Source: Clostridia bacterium (GTDB lineage Bacteria > Bacillota > Clostridia > Christensenellales > Pumilibacteraceae). Taken from it: DNA of 64,000 nucleotides. The stretch is taken from assembly GCA_022791915.1 (NCBI GenBank), contig JAAWAB010000020.1, positions 4,391 through 68,390 on the forward strand, in the 5' to 3' direction. The translations under genes were made by a program, and so were the position numbers. This document shows positions 8,411-16,327 of the stretch, piece by piece. Every line of letters begins with the position of its first letter. Position 1 is the stretch's first letter. The notes below the pieces were generated by a model, which saw only the letters and a program-made list of their open reading frames with translations, ran no database searches and had not been told where the DNA came from.

Positions 8411-9613
8411 ATGGCGCGCATAACATATCCGACGCCCATAGTGGAAATGCAGGGCGACGAAATGACGAGAATTCTGTGGGATTGGATTAAAGAAATTTTA
8501 ATTGAGCCGCATGTGGAACTGAACTGTGCGTATTTCGATTTGGGATTGCCCGAACGGGATAAAACGGACGACGGCGTTTCGCTTGCCGCGGCAAAAGCGA
8601 TTGAAAGGTACGGCGTGGGGGTGAAATGCGCTACCATTACGCCCAACGCGCAACGTGTGGAAGAATACAAACTGAAAAAAATGTGGAAGTCGCCCAACGG
8701 AACGATTCGTGCTTATCTGGACGGCACCGTATTTCGCGAACCGATTGTTTGCGAAGGTATCGCGCCGTATATTCCCACATGGACGAAACCGATTACCATT
8801 GCGCGTCATGCGTTCGGCGACGTGTACAAAAACTGCGAAATGCGCATTGCGGGCGGCTCGGACGCTTTTTTGCACGTGACGAACGACGACGGCTCGGACG
8901 CGTGCGAATCGATTGCCCGTTTTGAAGGCGGCGGCGTATTGCAAGGGCAATATAACACCGACGCAAGCATAGAAAGTTTTGCCCGTTCGTGCTTTACATA
9001 CGCACTTGACCGCAAACGCGATTTATGGTTTGCCGCAAAGGATACCATTTCCAAAATTTACGACGGCACGTTCCGCAACATTTTTGAAAAGCTGTATGAA
9101 AGCGAATACAAAGAAAAGTTTGAAAAAGCGGGAATTCGTTACGAGTATTCGTTGATAGACGACAGTGTGGCGCGCGTTATCCGTTCGGACGGCGGCATGA
9201 TTTGGGCGCTCAAAAACTATGACGGCGACGTGATGAGCGACATGGTGGCAACGGCGTTCGGCTCGCTTGCCATGATGACCAGCGTGCTTGTTTCGCCTTC
9301 GGGGGCATACGAATACGAGGCGGCGCACGGCACCGTTACGCGGCATTATTACCGTTACCGCAACGGAGAAATCACGTCTACCAATCCCGTGGCTACCGTG
9401 TTCGCCTGGACGGGCGCACTGCGCAAACGGGGCGAAAAAGATAGCGTATCCGCGTTGTGCGATTTTGCCGATAAAACGGAAAACGCCGTACGCCGTGCGA
9501 TTGCCGACGGATTCATTACGGGTGACCTTAAAGCGCTTTACCGCAAAGAAAACGTTACGCCTACCGTGCTCGATTCGCGGGCGTTTCTCAAAAAGGTTTC
9601 CGAATATCAATGA
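8411..9613 (+). CDS. icd: NADP-dependent isocitrate dehydrogenase (about 400-aa, eukaryote-like subtype)
   Basis: Start refined to ATG 8411, after RBS gaggaggt. N-terminus IVEMQGDEMTRILWDWIKEILI and GVGVKCATITPN match the IDH1/IDH2-like type. The track start at 8297 would overlap the upstream terminator and promoter. Confidence 0.85.
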   Translation: MARITYPTPIVEMQGDEMTRILWDWIKEILIEPHVELNCAYFDLGLPERDKTDDGVSLAAAKAIERYGVGVKCATITPNAQRVEEYKLKKMWKSPNGTIRAYLDGTVFREPIVCEGIAPYIPTWTKPITIARHAFGDVYKNCEMRIAGGSDAFLHVTNDDGSDACESIARFEGGGVLQGQYNTDASIESFARSCFTYALDRKRDLWFAAKDTISKIYDGTFRNIFEKLYESEYKEKFEKAGIRYEYSLIDDSVARVIRSDGGMIWALKNYDGDVMSDMVATAFGSLAMMTSVLVSPSGAYEYEAAHGTVTRHYYRYRNGEITSTNPVATVFAWTGALRKRGEKDSVSALCDFADKTENAVRRAIADGFITGDLKALYRKENVTPTVLDSRAFLKKVSEYQ

Positions 9614-10389
9614 TAAGCAGTGACAAATCGGGTGAAATCCGTCTGTCGTTTTGCAACGACGAATATATCCGCATTACGGCGGCGGGCAAAGCGGAAGCGG
9701 GACGGGAGCGTCCCTGTTTTTCGGGTACCGATTGCGTTTTATTGTGCGGCAGAGGCGTGTGCGTGCAGACGGGAAAAGACAATCTGTTGCTTGCCGAAAA
9801 CGAGGCGGCTCTGGTGGCGCCCGACACGCTTTTTTATGTGTGGGGTATGCCGACGTACGTTCGGTTTTTCTCGCCGCGAAAGCTGTTTGACGGCGCGGCG
9901 ACACGCGTGCGGAACGATGCGGTTGCGCGGATAGAAACGCTTATTTGCGATAAGACGGAGCAGGGGACGGGGGCGCGTCTTACTTCGGAGTTGTGCTCGT
10001 TGCTTTCTTGTATTGCGTATTACGGCGAAAAAAGCGACGCAATCGAAGATGCGAAATCGTATATCGAACAATATTACTATCTTCCCGTAGACGTGGGCAT
10101 GTTGGCGGAATCCGCAGGATATTCGCGCGGATATTTTACCGTAAAATTTACCGCCGATACGGGGTGTTCGCCGTATAAATATCTTACGCTTGTGCGCGTG
10201 AAAAATGCCGAGCGCATGCTTGCCTGCGGCGGTATGTCCGTTTCCGCGGTGGCGGCGGCGTGCGGTTACGCGGGGGCGGAACGGTTTTGCGAGATGTTTC
10301 GCAAATACAAAGGCATATCGCCGCGTCGTTACGGCGTGCGGGCGCGGGAAAGCGAAAGATTGCCCGCAGACAACAAAGAAACCCGTTGA
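9610..10389 (+). CDS. AraC-family transcriptional regulator
   Basis: C-terminal double HTH (VGMLAESAGYSRGYFTVKFTADTGCSPYKYLTLVRVKNAERML...SVSAVAAACGYAGAERFCEMFRKYKGISPRRY). The start overlaps the icd stop codon (ATGA). Confidence 0.8.
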   Translation: MISSDKSGEIRLSFCNDEYIRITAAGKAEAGRERPCFSGTDCVLLCGRGVCVQTGKDNLLLAENEAALVAPDTLFYVWGMPTYVRFFSPRKLFDGAATRVRNDAVARIETLICDKTEQGTGARLTSELCSLLSCIAYYGEKSDAIEDAKSYIEQYYYLPVDVGMLAESAGYSRGYFTVKFTADTGCSPYKYLTLVRVKNAERMLACGGMSVSAVAAACGYAGAERFCEMFRKYKGISPRRYGVRARESERLPADNKETR

Positions 10390-10408
10390 AAATCCATGGG
10401 TGCTATCC

Positions 10409-10437
10409 TTGCCAAACGCGAAAATTTGTGGTATAAT
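10409..10437 (+). promoter_or_regulatory. sigma-70-type promoter with extended -10
   Basis: TTGCCA (10409-10414), 17-nt spacer, TGgTATAAT (-10 hexamer at 10432-10437). Confidence 0.55.
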
Positions 10438-10502
10438 ACGGGTATAATAAAAACAGCGAATGGGACAAATCCCGATTGCAAACACAAGGGAAAGGAAGAA
10501 TC

Positions 10503-11135
10503 ATGAAAAAGTTTTTCAGTGAATTCAAAGCGTTTATCACGCGCGGCAACGTGCTCGACATGGCTGTGGGCATCATTATCGGCGGCGCGTTCACCGCGAT
10601 TATTACGGCAATTGTGGGCAATATTCTCACGCCGCTCATCAACTGGATTCCCGGTTCGGGTGCGGACGGAACGGGCGCGTTGCAGGTAGTGCTTCGCAGC
10701 GCCACATTCGACGCGGAAGGAAACGTACTCACCGAGGCGCTCATTATCGACTTCGGCGCCGTTATTTCGGCAATCGTCACGTTTCTGATTACTGCGTTCG
10801 TGCTGTTTTTGGTGGTAAAAACTATCAATACGGTGCGCGCGGGCGGCAAGAAATTCCGTAACGAGCAAGAAACGTTCAACAAAGCGGAATATAAAGCGCT
10901 CCGCAAACAGCTCAAAGCCGAAGGCATGGGCAAATACGAAATAGACGAAGCGATTCTTGCGCGCGAACAAGAAAAGCTGGCGGCGGCAAAAGCCGAGCAA
11001 GACGCAAAAGATGCGGCGGCGAAAGCGGAAGCGCTCGCCAACGCGCCCGAAACGTTGTTGCGTGAAATCCGCGACTTATTGGCACGGCAAACAAAGCAGT
11101 CCTCCGGCGATGACAAACCGTCGGTAAACGGATAG
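10503..11135 (+). CDS. mscL: large-conductance mechanosensitive channel MscL with a long C-terminal extension
   Basis: Start at ATG 10503. N-terminus FKAFITRGNVLDMAVGIIIGGAFTAIITAIVGNILTPLI is the MscL signature. 210 aa, with an Ala/Lys/Glu-rich tail (REQEKLAAAKAEQDAKDAAAKAEALA). Confidence 0.85.
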   Translation: MKKFFSEFKAFITRGNVLDMAVGIIIGGAFTAIITAIVGNILTPLINWIPGSGADGTGALQVVLRSATFDAEGNVLTEALIIDFGAVISAIVTFLITAFVLFLVVKTINTVRAGGKKFRNEQETFNKAEYKALRKQLKAEGMGKYEIDEAILAREQEKLAAAKAEQDAKDAAAKAEALANAPETLLREIRDLLARQTKQSSGDDKPSVNG

Positions 11136-11188
11136 TCCTACCTTAAAAATGTGCGGCATCCGTTACGGTTGCCGATTTGAGGATTACA

Positions 11189-12208
11189 ATGAAAGCATGG
11201 AGATTACACGACAAAGAGCAGCTCACGCTTGACGAATTGCCCGTTCAGACGGTGGGCGAGAATTGTGTGAAAATCAAAACTTTGGCAAGCGGAATCAGCA
11301 CGACAGACGTTCTGATGTATCAGGGCAAGATGTCGTTATCGTCGGCGCCGCTCATTATCGGGCGGCAGTGTGTGGGCATGGTTACCGAAGTGGGCGAGGG
11401 CGTCACGGGCTTGCAACGGGGCGACCGTGTTGCCGCCGACCCGTTTGTGTGTTGCACTACCTGTGCGCAGTGCAAAGCCGAAAAACACAACGAATGCGAG
11501 CGCATGCTCTGCCGCGGTGTGGGCGACGACGGGTTCATGAGCGATTTTTCGGTACTGCCCGCCGATATGCTCTATGTTTTGCCCGAGCGCATTAAAGACA
11601 ACGACGCCGTATTTATCGAACATATTGCGCTTTGTATCAATGCGGTGAGCAAGCTCAATCTTGAAAAAGGCGAACATCTTGTGATTGTGGGCGCGTCTGC
11701 GTTGGGGCTTATTCTGGCGCAGGTTGCCATATATTATCAGGCGGTGCCCGTGTTGGTGGATACCGATGCCGCGGCGCTTTCACTCGCCGAAGAACTGGGC
11801 GTATATTACACGGTCAACAGTGTGGAAACCGACCCGATGAAAAAGATTTTCACCATTACGGGCGGTAAAATGGCGGAAGCCGTTGCCTATATCAATTTGG
11901 CGCATATGGCTTTCGGGCGCAGTTTGGATTACGCGGCAAAAGGCGGCAGAGTGGCGCTTGTGGGTTGGTCGGACGTGGCGGACGACCTTTCGGGCGAATT
12001 CGGCGCCATACTCAACAAGCAACTCACCGTTTTGGGTGTGAACAACGGGGCGCGCACTTTTCCTTCCGCAATCAATCTTTTGGCAACTCGCACGATAGAC
12101 GTGAGCAGGTTGGTGAGCCACGAAGTGGCGTTTGCCGACGTGGAAAAATCGGTGCGCGAACATGCCGAAAATATGTCGCGGTTTATGAAAGCGGTGGTAA
12201 AACCGTAA
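11189..12208 (+). CDS. medium-chain dehydrogenase/reductase (Zn-ADH family) lacking the catalytic-zinc ligands
   Basis: MDR fold with a structural-zinc Cys cluster, CCTTCAQCKAEKHNEC. The usual GxCGSD and GHE motifs read GISTTD and GRQ. Confidence 0.7.
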   Translation: MKAWRLHDKEQLTLDELPVQTVGENCVKIKTLASGISTTDVLMYQGKMSLSSAPLIIGRQCVGMVTEVGEGVTGLQRGDRVAADPFVCCTTCAQCKAEKHNECERMLCRGVGDDGFMSDFSVLPADMLYVLPERIKDNDAVFIEHIALCINAVSKLNLEKGEHLVIVGASALGLILAQVAIYYQAVPVLVDTDAAALSLAEELGVYYTVNSVETDPMKKIFTITGGKMAEAVAYINLAHMAFGRSLDYAAKGGRVALVGWSDVADDLSGEFGAILNKQLTVLGVNNGARTFPSAINLLATRTIDVSRLVSHEVAFADVEKSVREHAENMSRFMKAVVKP

Positions 12209-12516
12209 TGAAAACGTCTGTGCCCAAAAAACAACGCAAATTGCAGATTATCGAAAAAGAAAACCGTGCGTTCGATTGTTTTGCCACCATTAAAAAGGAC
12301 GCTTACTGCATGCCCAGCAAGTTCTACGCCACAACGGTATACTATCCCGCAACGGCGGAAGAAACGCAAACGTATTTGACTACGATTGACGCGTCGGCAT
12401 ACGTGGGAACCGAAAAGGCGAAAGATTTTTACAAGACAGACGAATTCGATACGGCGCGTCAGGCGCTGAAATGGATACGTAAAGTGTATGCCGAATTTCT
12501 GAAAATTGTTCTGTGA
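12208..12516 (+). CDS. hypothetical protein (102 aa)
   Basis: ATG 12208 overlaps the upstream stop (TAATG), suggesting translational coupling. No recognisable motif. Confidence 0.45.
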   Translation: MKTSVPKKQRKLQIIEKENRAFDCFATIKKDAYCMPSKFYATTVYYPATAEETQTYLTTIDASAYVGTEKAKDFYKTDEFDTARQALKWIRKVYAEFLKIVL

Positions 12517-12542
12517 AAGAGTGAAAACATGATGTAAATCGG

Positions 12543-12571
12543 TTGCGGATTCCGTGAATCCGTGCTATAAT
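12543..12571 (+). promoter_or_regulatory. sigma-70-type promoter of the rpsF operon
   Basis: TTGCGG (12543-12548), 17-nt spacer, TATAAT (12566-12571). Confidence 0.55.
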
Positions 12572-12647
12572 AGAAAGGCTTGGGTTGTCCCGAGCCTTTC
12601 CTTACTCCCGCAAACGGGAGTCAGAGACCATAAGGAGGTGTTAAAGC
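12572..12647 (+). ncRNA. structured rpsF 5' leader (candidate S6:S18-binding autoregulatory element)
   Basis: Two hairpins. The first has an 11-bp stem, 12574-12584 paired with 12589-12599 (aaaggcttggg/cccgagccttt). The second pairs ctcccg with cgggag (12605-12620). Both lie just before RBS aaggagg. Confidence 0.45.
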
Positions 12648-12929
12648 ATGAATAAGTACGAGGTTTTGTATATTCTCAAAACCAACCCCGACGAGCAGGC
12701 GATTGAGGCGCAGATGGAAAAATACAGCGCATTGGTTACGAGCAACGGCGGTGAGGTGGAGAGCGTCAACAAGTGGGGAACCAAGCGTTTCGCCTACGAA
12801 ATCGACGGCAAAAACGACGGCTGCTATGTGCTTATGAATTTCACGGCGAATTCCGATTTTCCCAAAGAAATGGAACGTCAGATGAAAATCAGCGATGAAG
12901 TCGTGCGTTGCATGATTGTCCGCAAATAA
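12648..12929 (+). CDS. rpsF: 30S ribosomal protein S6
   Basis: MNKYEVLYILKTNPDEQAIEA...WGTKRFAYEIDGKNDGCYVLMNF. Part of the conserved rpsF-ssb-rpsR order. Confidence 0.95.
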   Translation: MNKYEVLYILKTNPDEQAIEAQMEKYSALVTSNGGEVESVNKWGTKRFAYEIDGKNDGCYVLMNFTANSDFPKEMERQMKISDEVVRCMIVRK

Positions 12930-12945
12930 TAGGAGAGCACATAAG

Positions 12946-13371
12946 ATGAACAAGTGTATTTTGGTGGGCAATTTGACCCGCGACCCCGAGCTTACGCAAA
13001 CCACGTCGGGCGTATCGATGTGCCGTTTTTCCATAGCGGTAAACCGTAACTACGCCAACGCCAACGGCGAGCGCGAAGCCGATTTTATCAATATCATCAC
13101 ATGGAGAGGACTTGCCGATAACTGCGGAAAGTATCTTTCCAAAGGTCGTAAGGTGGCAATCTGCGGTTCTATTCAAACGCGTAGCTACGACGACAAAGAA
13201 GGAAACAAACGCTATTCCACCGAGGTGGTGGCGGACGACGTCGAGTTTATCGGCGGCGGAAACAGCGAGGGCGGGAATTACGGCGGTGCGCCGAGAGAAG
13301 AAAGAACGTCTGCGCCCAAAAAACTCACGAGCGAACTCAAACCCGTAGAGGATGACGGTTTGCCTTTCTAA
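12946..13371 (+). CDS. ssb: single-stranded DNA-binding protein
   Basis: Start at ATG 12946, after RBS aggaga. [34 protein letters not shown], a Gly-rich linker and the acidic tip DDGLPF. Confidence 0.95.
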   Translation: MNKCILVGNLTRDPELTQTTSGVSMCRFSIAVNRNYANANGEREADFINIITWRGLADNCGKYLSKGRKVAICGSIQTRSYDDKEGNKRYSTEVVADDVEFIGGGNSEGGNYGGAPREERTSAPKKLTSELKPVEDDGLPF

Positions 13372-13388
13372 ACAAGGAGTACGGAAAA

Positions 13389-13652
13389 ATGGAACAAAAA
13401 AAAGTAGAGAACGGCGAAGAAAAAGTAAAGCGTGTTCGCCGCGCGCCCAAGAAGAAGGTGTGTGCCTTCTGCGTGGAAAAAGCCGAAGAAATCGACTATA
13501 AAGACGTTGCCAAATTAAAGCGTTACATCACCGAAAAGGGAAAAATCATTCCCCGCAGAACGAGCGGAACGTGCGCCGAACATCAGCGCGCGTTGGGCAC
13601 GGCAATTCGTCGGGCTCGTGTGATGGCGTTGTTGCCCTTTAAGGCGGAATAA
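13389..13652 (+). CDS. rpsR: 30S ribosomal protein S18
   Basis: [60 protein letters not shown]. Confidence 0.95.
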   Translation: MEQKKVENGEEKVKRVRRAPKKKVCAFCVEKAEEIDYKDVAKLKRYITEKGKIIPRRTSGTCAEHQRALGTAIRRARVMALLPFKAE

Positions 13653-13724
13653 ACGCAAACGGAGCGGAAATATCCGCAATCGTGCTTGAAATTCGGGCAC
13701 AAAAAGAAAAAACGATTTTTTACG

Positions 13725-13753
13725 GCGGCTCAATTTGCAACGAATTGAGCCGC
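13725..13753. other. perfect 11-bp stem-loop between rpsR and the ABC-F gene
   Basis: gcggctcaatt tgcaacg aattgagccgc. No U-tail follows on the plus strand, so it may act as an operon-end or stability hairpin rather than a canonical terminator. Confidence 0.4.
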
Positions 13754-13772
13754 TCGTACTGTGGAGAGATGT

Positions 13773-15347
13773 ATGATTGGTGTAAACAACGTAACCCTGC
13801 AATTCGGCGGAAGGGTGCTGTTTGAAAACGTAAATCTGAAATTCACCAAAGGAAATTGCTACGGGATTATCGGCGCGAACGGCGCGGGTAAGTCTACTTT
13901 TTTGCGCATTTTGAGCGGCGACCTCGAACCGAACAAGGGTGACGTGACGATAGACAAGAACGAACGCATGAGCGTTTTGATGCAGAATCAGAATGCCTAC
14001 GACGCCTACACGGTGCGCGACGCCGTAATGTGGGGGCACAAGCGTTTAATGGAAGTAGCGAAAGAACGCGAGGCATTGTATGCCAAACCCGATTTTTCGG
14101 ATGCGGACGGAGAGCGCGCGGCGATTTTGGAAGGCGAATTTGCCGATATGAACGGTTACGAAGCGGAATCTGCCGCCGAAACGCTTTTATCGGGACTGAA
14201 AATCGATGCGGCACTGTTCGATACGCAGATGTCCGAAATCGACGCCAAACTCAAAGTGAAAGTGCTGTTGGCACAAAGTCTGTTCGGCAATCCCGATATT
14301 TTGGTGTTGGACGAACCGACCAACAATTTGGACGCCAAAACGGTGAAGTGGCTGGAAGATTATCTTATGGGACTTACCGATACGATTGTGATTATCGTAT
14401 CGCACAACCGTCACTTTCTCAATCGCGTTTGCACGCATATTTGCGACGTGGATTTCAAGCAGATTAACGTATTCGTAGGCAACTACGATTTTTGGTACGA
14501 AACCAGTCAGCTGTTGGCGCGTCAGGCAAAAGAGCAGAATAAGAAAATGGAAGCGCGCGCCAAAGAATTGCAAGAATTCATTGCTCGCTTTTCGGCAAAT
14601 GCGAGCAAGTCCAAACAGGCGACGAGTCGCAAACGCGAATTGGAAAAAATCAAATTGGAAGACATCAAGCCGTCGTCACGCCGTTACCCGTATATCGATT
14701 TTAAGTACGAACGGGAAATCGGAAACGAAATTCTGGAAGTGGAAGGCTTGACTAAAAAAGGATATTTTGAAAATATATCCTTCAAGCTCAAACGCGACGA
14801 CAAAATCGGATTTCTCTGTTCGTCCAGCCAGTGCATGAGCATGCTGTTTGACGTGCTTATGGGGTTGGAGCAACCCGACGGCGGATATTTTAAGTGGGGG
14901 CAAACAATTACAACCGCCTATTTGCCGCAGAATTACGACAATTATTTTGACGGAATCGACCTGACGCTCGTGGAATGGTTGAGTCAGTACTCCAAAGACC
15001 ACTACGAAGAGTATTTGCGCGGCTGGTTGGGGCGTATGCTCTTTTCGGGGCAGGAAGCGCTTAAAAAAGCAAAAGTGCTGTCGGGTGGCGAAAAGGTGCG
15101 TTGTATGCTTGCGCGCATGATGTTGCTCGGTGCCAACTTCCTTGTGTTCGACGAGCCGACCAATCATCTCGACCTTGAAAGCATTACCGCGCTCAATAAG
15201 GGCATGACAAACTTCAAGGGCGGCATGTTGTTCGTAACGCACGACGAAGAAATCATTTCCACTGTGGCAAACCGCATTATAGAAATCGAAGGCGGTAAAA
15301 AAATTCTCGACCGCGATATGACCTACGACGAGTATCTCGAACTGTAA
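13773..15347 (+). CDS. ABC-F family ATPase (two nucleotide-binding domains, no TM domain) with one degenerate ATP site
   Basis: Start at ATG 13773, after RBS ggagag. NBD1 has Walker A GANGAGKST and Walker B LVLDEPTNNLD. NBD2 has signature LSGGEKVR and Walker B LVFDEPTNHLD. The interdomain linker is basic (ARQAKEQNKKMEARAKELQEFIARF). Confidence 0.85.
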   Translation: MIGVNNVTLQFGGRVLFENVNLKFTKGNCYGIIGANGAGKSTFLRILSGDLEPNKGDVTIDKNERMSVLMQNQNAYDAYTVRDAVMWGHKRLMEVAKEREALYAKPDFSDADGERAAILEGEFADMNGYEAESAAETLLSGLKIDAALFDTQMSEIDAKLKVKVLLAQSLFGNPDILVLDEPTNNLDAKTVKWLEDYLMGLTDTIVIIVSHNRHFLNRVCTHICDVDFKQINVFVGNYDFWYETSQLLARQAKEQNKKMEARAKELQEFIARFSANASKSKQATSRKRELEKIKLEDIKPSSRRYPYIDFKYEREIGNEILEVEGLTKKGYFENISFKLKRDDKIGFLCSSSQCMSMLFDVLMGLEQPDGGYFKWGQTITTAYLPQNYDNYFDGIDLTLVEWLSQYSKDHYEEYLRGWLGRMLFSGQEALKKAKVLSGGEKVRCMLARMMLLGANFLVFDEPTNHLDLESITALNKGMTNFKGGMLFVTHDEEIISTVANRIIEIEGGKKILDRDMTYDEYLEL

Positions 15348-15365
15348 GAAAACAAATATGCGACA

Positions 15366-15397
15366 AAAGAATCCGGAGCGACGTTCCGGATTTTTTT
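15366..15397. terminator. bidirectional Rho-independent terminator
   Basis: Stem atccgga/tccggat flanked by an A-run and a T7 run. Sits between two convergent genes. Confidence 0.75.
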
Positions 15398-15426
15398 ATG
15401 CAAAACGATTCGTTTTTTTGTGGCTG

Positions 15427-15651
15427 TCAGAACGTGGTGTTGCCGTCGGGGCACCGTCTGCACGAACTTGCGGATATATTGTCGGCTACAAGGGCGGTGT
15501 CGCGCGAGTTGCAACTGCTCATTAAAAGTGATGCGATAATCAGTTCATTGAGAGAACTGCGTGTAGAACGGCAGTCGGTAGGGCAGCCGTCTTTTTCGTT
15601 GCTCATCAGAAGAATGAGAAGCAGCAGATTGTAGATGTCGTCTTGATTCAT
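15427..15651 (-). CDS. small Cys-motif protein (74 aa), possible metal-binding partner of the divergent ArsR-family regulator
   Basis: RBS ggagag lies 7 nt before the ATG. Motifs CPTDC, a single Cys, and CRRC (5 Cys in total). No family recognised. Confidence 0.5.
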   Translation of the reverse strand: MNQDDIYNLLLLILLMSNEKDGCPTDCRSTRSSLNELIIASLLMSSCNSRDTALVADNISASSCRRCPDGNTTF

Positions 15652-15717
15652 GGTTATTCTCTCCGATTCGCGGTTTGCCTACAAGAAAAGCCGTGTCGGT
15701 ATACTTGCAGGGCGGTA

Positions 15718-15743
15718 TATGTTTATATTAAAATATATGCATA
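15718..15743. promoter_or_regulatory. 12-2-12 imperfect inverted repeat (candidate ArsR/SmtB operator)
   Basis: TATGTTTATATT AA AATATATGCATA, with 10 of 12 positions complementary. Located 14 nt upstream of the arsR-family start, in the 105-bp divergent intergenic region. Confidence 0.55.
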
Positions 15744-15756
15744 GGAGAAAACGAGT

Positions 15757-16098
15757 ATGACGGGCGAACAAAGATTGTTAATAGACAGAAAGACCTTGGA
15801 ACTTGTGCGCAGTTACGTGCCGCAGGAAGATGCGCTGGCGGCGATGTCCGAATTTTTCTCGGCGTTGGGAGACGGCACGCGACTCAAACTGATTTCGGCG
15901 TTAAGCATATGCGAGATGTGCGTGACCGATTTGAGTTTAAGTTTGGGAATCAATCAGACCACCGTGTCGCACCAACTGCACAATCTCAAAACAATCGGGG
16001 CGGTAAAGATGCGGCGGCAGGGTAAAATTGCCTTTTATTCGCTCAAAAGCAGCGAACTTCTGGATATTATGTTGCAAGCCGTCAATTTTGTTTCGTGA
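15757..16098 (+). CDS. ArsR/SmtB-family metalloregulatory transcriptional repressor
   Basis: Winged HTH: FSALGDGTRLKLISALSICEMCVTDLSLSLGINQTTVSHQLHNLKTIGAVKMRRQGKIAFYSL. A CxxC (CEMC) sits at the alpha3 sensing position. Confidence 0.85.
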   Translation: MTGEQRLLIDRKTLELVRSYVPQEDALAAMSEFFSALGDGTRLKLISALSICEMCVTDLSLSLGINQTTVSHQLHNLKTIGAVKMRRQGKIAFYSLKSSELLDIMLQAVNFVS

Positions 16099-16245
16099 AC
16101 AAGTGCGCATGCGTGTATACTTTGCGGCATTTTTGCGCAAAGTAATCGTGTACCAAAGATAAAAGCCTTTCCGCTCGGGTTGCCCTTTTGCCGGCGGGAA
16201 GGCAGGTACTACATAGATTGAAAGTAAAGCCTTATTTTGCCGATA

Positions 16246-16278
16246 GGTAACCGTTCCCGTTACGGTTGCTTTTTTTTG
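16246..16278 (+). terminator. Rho-independent terminator
   Basis: Stem ggtaaccgt/acggttgct (9 pairs including wobbles) followed by T8. Confidence 0.65.
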
Positions 16279-16327
16279 CATTGTATGCTACAATATTTGC
16301 AGAAAACCTTGTGCGGGAGAAAAAGTA

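Noticed and set aside
15398-15634. 78-aa plus-strand ORF overlapping the small Cys-motif gene
   Set aside because: It starts inside the terminator T-run with no RBS. The minus-strand ORF has a GGAGAG RBS at the correct spacing and a divergent-regulator context.
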